A stretch of DNA of 64,000 nt from a virus, in the IMG/VR virus record IMGVR_UViG_3300001201_000002, positions 1 through 64,000 of that record. One strand, given 5' to 3'. Below, piece by piece: positions 62,378-64,000 of the stretch. The notes beneath the pieces were generated by a model. The model did not search any database, was not told the DNA's origin, and worked only from the letters and a program-made list of their open reading frames with translations. The position numbers were made by a program, and so were the translations under genes. The first letter of the stretch is position 1; each line of letters begins with the position of its first letter.

Positions 62378-64000
62378 TTATTGTGGAAGGGCAAGAGGTA
62401 GTTGCTGCTGAATTGGCGCCATTGGGGAATTAACTGGCGGAAATACCGGAGTAGGAGCCGCCTGACGACGGTCAGCTTCCTCTGTGAGTTCGTTAAATCC
62501 GACCGCTGCTTCGATCTGACCCGCAGGAGTTTCCCCGGCAAGTAGGCCTTTTGTGACCTCCAAGTTCCGGTTACCGCGTGCTTGTGCGCCTGCTGCTTCA
62601 ATTGCTTGCTGGTGCTTCGTACCATTCGCAACCATTTCGGACTCGACGGATGTCGCTTGAGCTTCTGCCTGAGCTTTGGCAGCACGTGCATTCTCGTATG
62701 CGATCTCAGCTTGAAGCTTCTCGATCTCCAACTGTTGGATCTTCTGCTGCATTGGATCAGGTTCTGGGCGATAGTTCCGGATCTGTTGAGCCAAGTGAGG
62801 CATACGCTTAAGATCAGCGATCTCAGCAAGAACGACACCACGTAGACCGGGATCCATATCTGGGCCCACAGTCTGAAGGATCATCCCGAGATCATTTGCT
62901 TTGGTCTCGTCGATCTGTGCAGTGGAGATGTCCACTTTCAGGTCATAGTTGCCGGCAAGCTCAGAGCGTTTGATCTCAACGAATTCCTCGTCGGTGACCC
63001 GAACGATTTCAGTCTCCTCCAGGAAGAAGACGTTCATTGTCAGGATCTTATCCGCTACGTGCTTCATACCCTCAGCAAGACGACGCAGGATACTCATCTC
63101 ACGTTGGCCGGCAGCGTCAATCGCACCAGAGATACCACGAGCAACTTGGCCGTAAGCTTCACCGGAGATACCCGCGGAGAATGACTTAACGCCAGATAGG
63201 CCTTCTGCTTCTTGGTTCTGGGATGCGGCAATCTGCAGTGCGGAGTTAGGGATCTCCGGATATTCCATTTGCTGGATTGCTTGCTTCGGATCAGAGTTCG
63301 GGTTGTATTCGAAGTCTTCCCCATTGAGGAAGCGCTTACGGTTTACCGGATCCAGGAAGCCTTTAGCAAATGCAGTCTGAGCGTTAGCAGAGCGACCAAG
63401 AAGGTCGATCATACCACGAGTGACAGCACCCAAGATACGCTGGTTATCCTGAAGGATTGAAGCATCTGCCTCACCAAAGGATGAACCAAGGATAGGCATA
63501 TATGGAACCAAGACGAAAGGAGGACGACGATCTGGGAACGGGTTCTCAGTCATCTGGATGATTGTATCACCAACCCATGTGACCACAACTGGCACCAGAA
63601 CACCGTCATCGTGAATGTCGTATTCACCCCAGTATTCATAGATGAGTGTTTTGGTCTTGTCGCTGTTGGTGCGAGAGTCTGTAATAGGAGTCGAAGACTT
63701 GTGGTCAGGATCACCAGCTGTTGCTTTGATAGCGTTGGCGCCCCAGTTGACCTTATCCAGGTTCTTGTAGATGCCGCGCTTTGTGAGTTCAGACTTCGTC
63801 GACTCGTAGGTGTGAACCATGTAAGAAGCTTCTTCCCAGTTGCCGTCGCAAGATGGGTCAATGAAGAAGTTCTCTACGTCGATGATTTTGACAGAAGGCT
63901 GGTTGAATGTGATCTTGTCTTGAACCTCGTCTTCATAGCCAGTCTGTTCAGCACGCACAGTGATACCATGCTCCATGGTGTATTCCACAGAGGCACGCAG
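62378..64000 (-). CDS. portal protein (N4 gp59-like), N-terminus beyond window
   Basis: The frame stays open to the window edge (no stop in 63989-64000). Size and position relative to the capsid gene fit a portal. Confidence 0.65.
   Translation of the reverse strand: MRASVEYTMEHGITVRAEQTGYEDEVQDKITFNQPSVKIIDVENFFIDPSCDGNWEEASYMVHTYESTKSELTKRGIYKNLDKVNWGANAIKATAGDPDHKSSTPITDSRTNSDKTKTLIYEYWGEYDIHDDGVLVPVVVTWVGDTIIQMTENPFPDRRPPFVLVPYMPILGSSFGEADASILQDNQRILGAVTRGMIDLLGRSANAQTAFAKGFLDPVNRKRFLNGEDFEYNPNSDPKQAIQQMEYPEIPNSALQIAASQNQEAEGLSGVKSFSAGISGEAYGQVARGISGAIDAAGQREMSILRRLAEGMKHVADKILTMNVFFLEETEIVRVTDEEFVEIKRSELAGNYDLKVDISTAQIDETKANDLGMILQTVGPDMDPGLRGVVLAEIADLKRMPHLAQQIRNYRPEPDPMQQKIQQLEIEKLQAEIAYENARAAKAQAEAQATSVESEMVANGTKHQQAIEAAGAQARGNRNLEVTKGLLAGETPAGQIEAAVGFNELTEEADRRQAAPTPVFPPVNSPMAPIQQQLPLALPQ

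Noticed and set aside
1-64000. Looked for CRISPR arrays, an integrase with attP, transposases, reverse transcriptase/retron, toxin-antitoxin pairs and rRNA.
   Set aside because: No spaced direct-repeat arrays, no tyrosine or serine recombinase, no RT (YxDD) and no transposase motifs were seen. The genome organisation is that of a strictly lytic N4-type phage.

Overview
Almost the whole window is the genome of a virulent N4-like (Schitoviridae-type) podophage. Two tRNA genes (minus strand) lie at the left edge, followed by a ~1.1 kb ORF-free leader. A ~40 kb rightward early/middle arm (1262-41427) encodes many tiny early ORFs and a split T7-like RNA polymerase (RNAP1 and RNAP2). It also encodes a MoxR-type AAA ATPase with a VWA partner, dCTP deaminase, ThyX, class II ribonucleotide reductase, ATP-dependent DNA ligase and an SF1 helicase. 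The replication set is completed by a family-A DNA polymerase, a PD-(D/E)XK nuclease, a primase, a Sak4-like ATPase, an N4-type SSB and a RusA-like resolvase. A leftward late arm (41957-64000) holds the 3404-aa virion RNA polymerase, internal virion proteins, the major capsid protein and a partial portal gene. No integrase, CRISPR array, transposase or rRNA was seen. The most unusual items are listed here. (1) A LuxI-family acyl-homoserine-lactone synthase homologue sits first in a terminator-bounded, translationally coupled four-gene cassette. (2) A ~320-nt non-coding RNA has a tRNA-like acceptor/T-arm 3' end (encoded CCA), a long closing helix and an H-type pseudoknot. This is tmRNA-like architecture, but without the G3:U70 alanine identity pair. 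(3) An acyl-carrier-protein homologue has Gln in place of the phosphopantetheine-bearing Ser. (4) The DNA polymerase is interrupted by a single in-frame TAA that overlaps a new RBS and ATG. (5) ThyX is fused to a dNMP-kinase-like domain. (6) A compact protein-kinase-like motif set lies inside the N-terminal region of the virion RNAP. (7) A pectate-lyase-fold tailspike and an SGNH esterase are encoded on the early/middle strand. All functional calls come from motifs read by eye; no database search was run.
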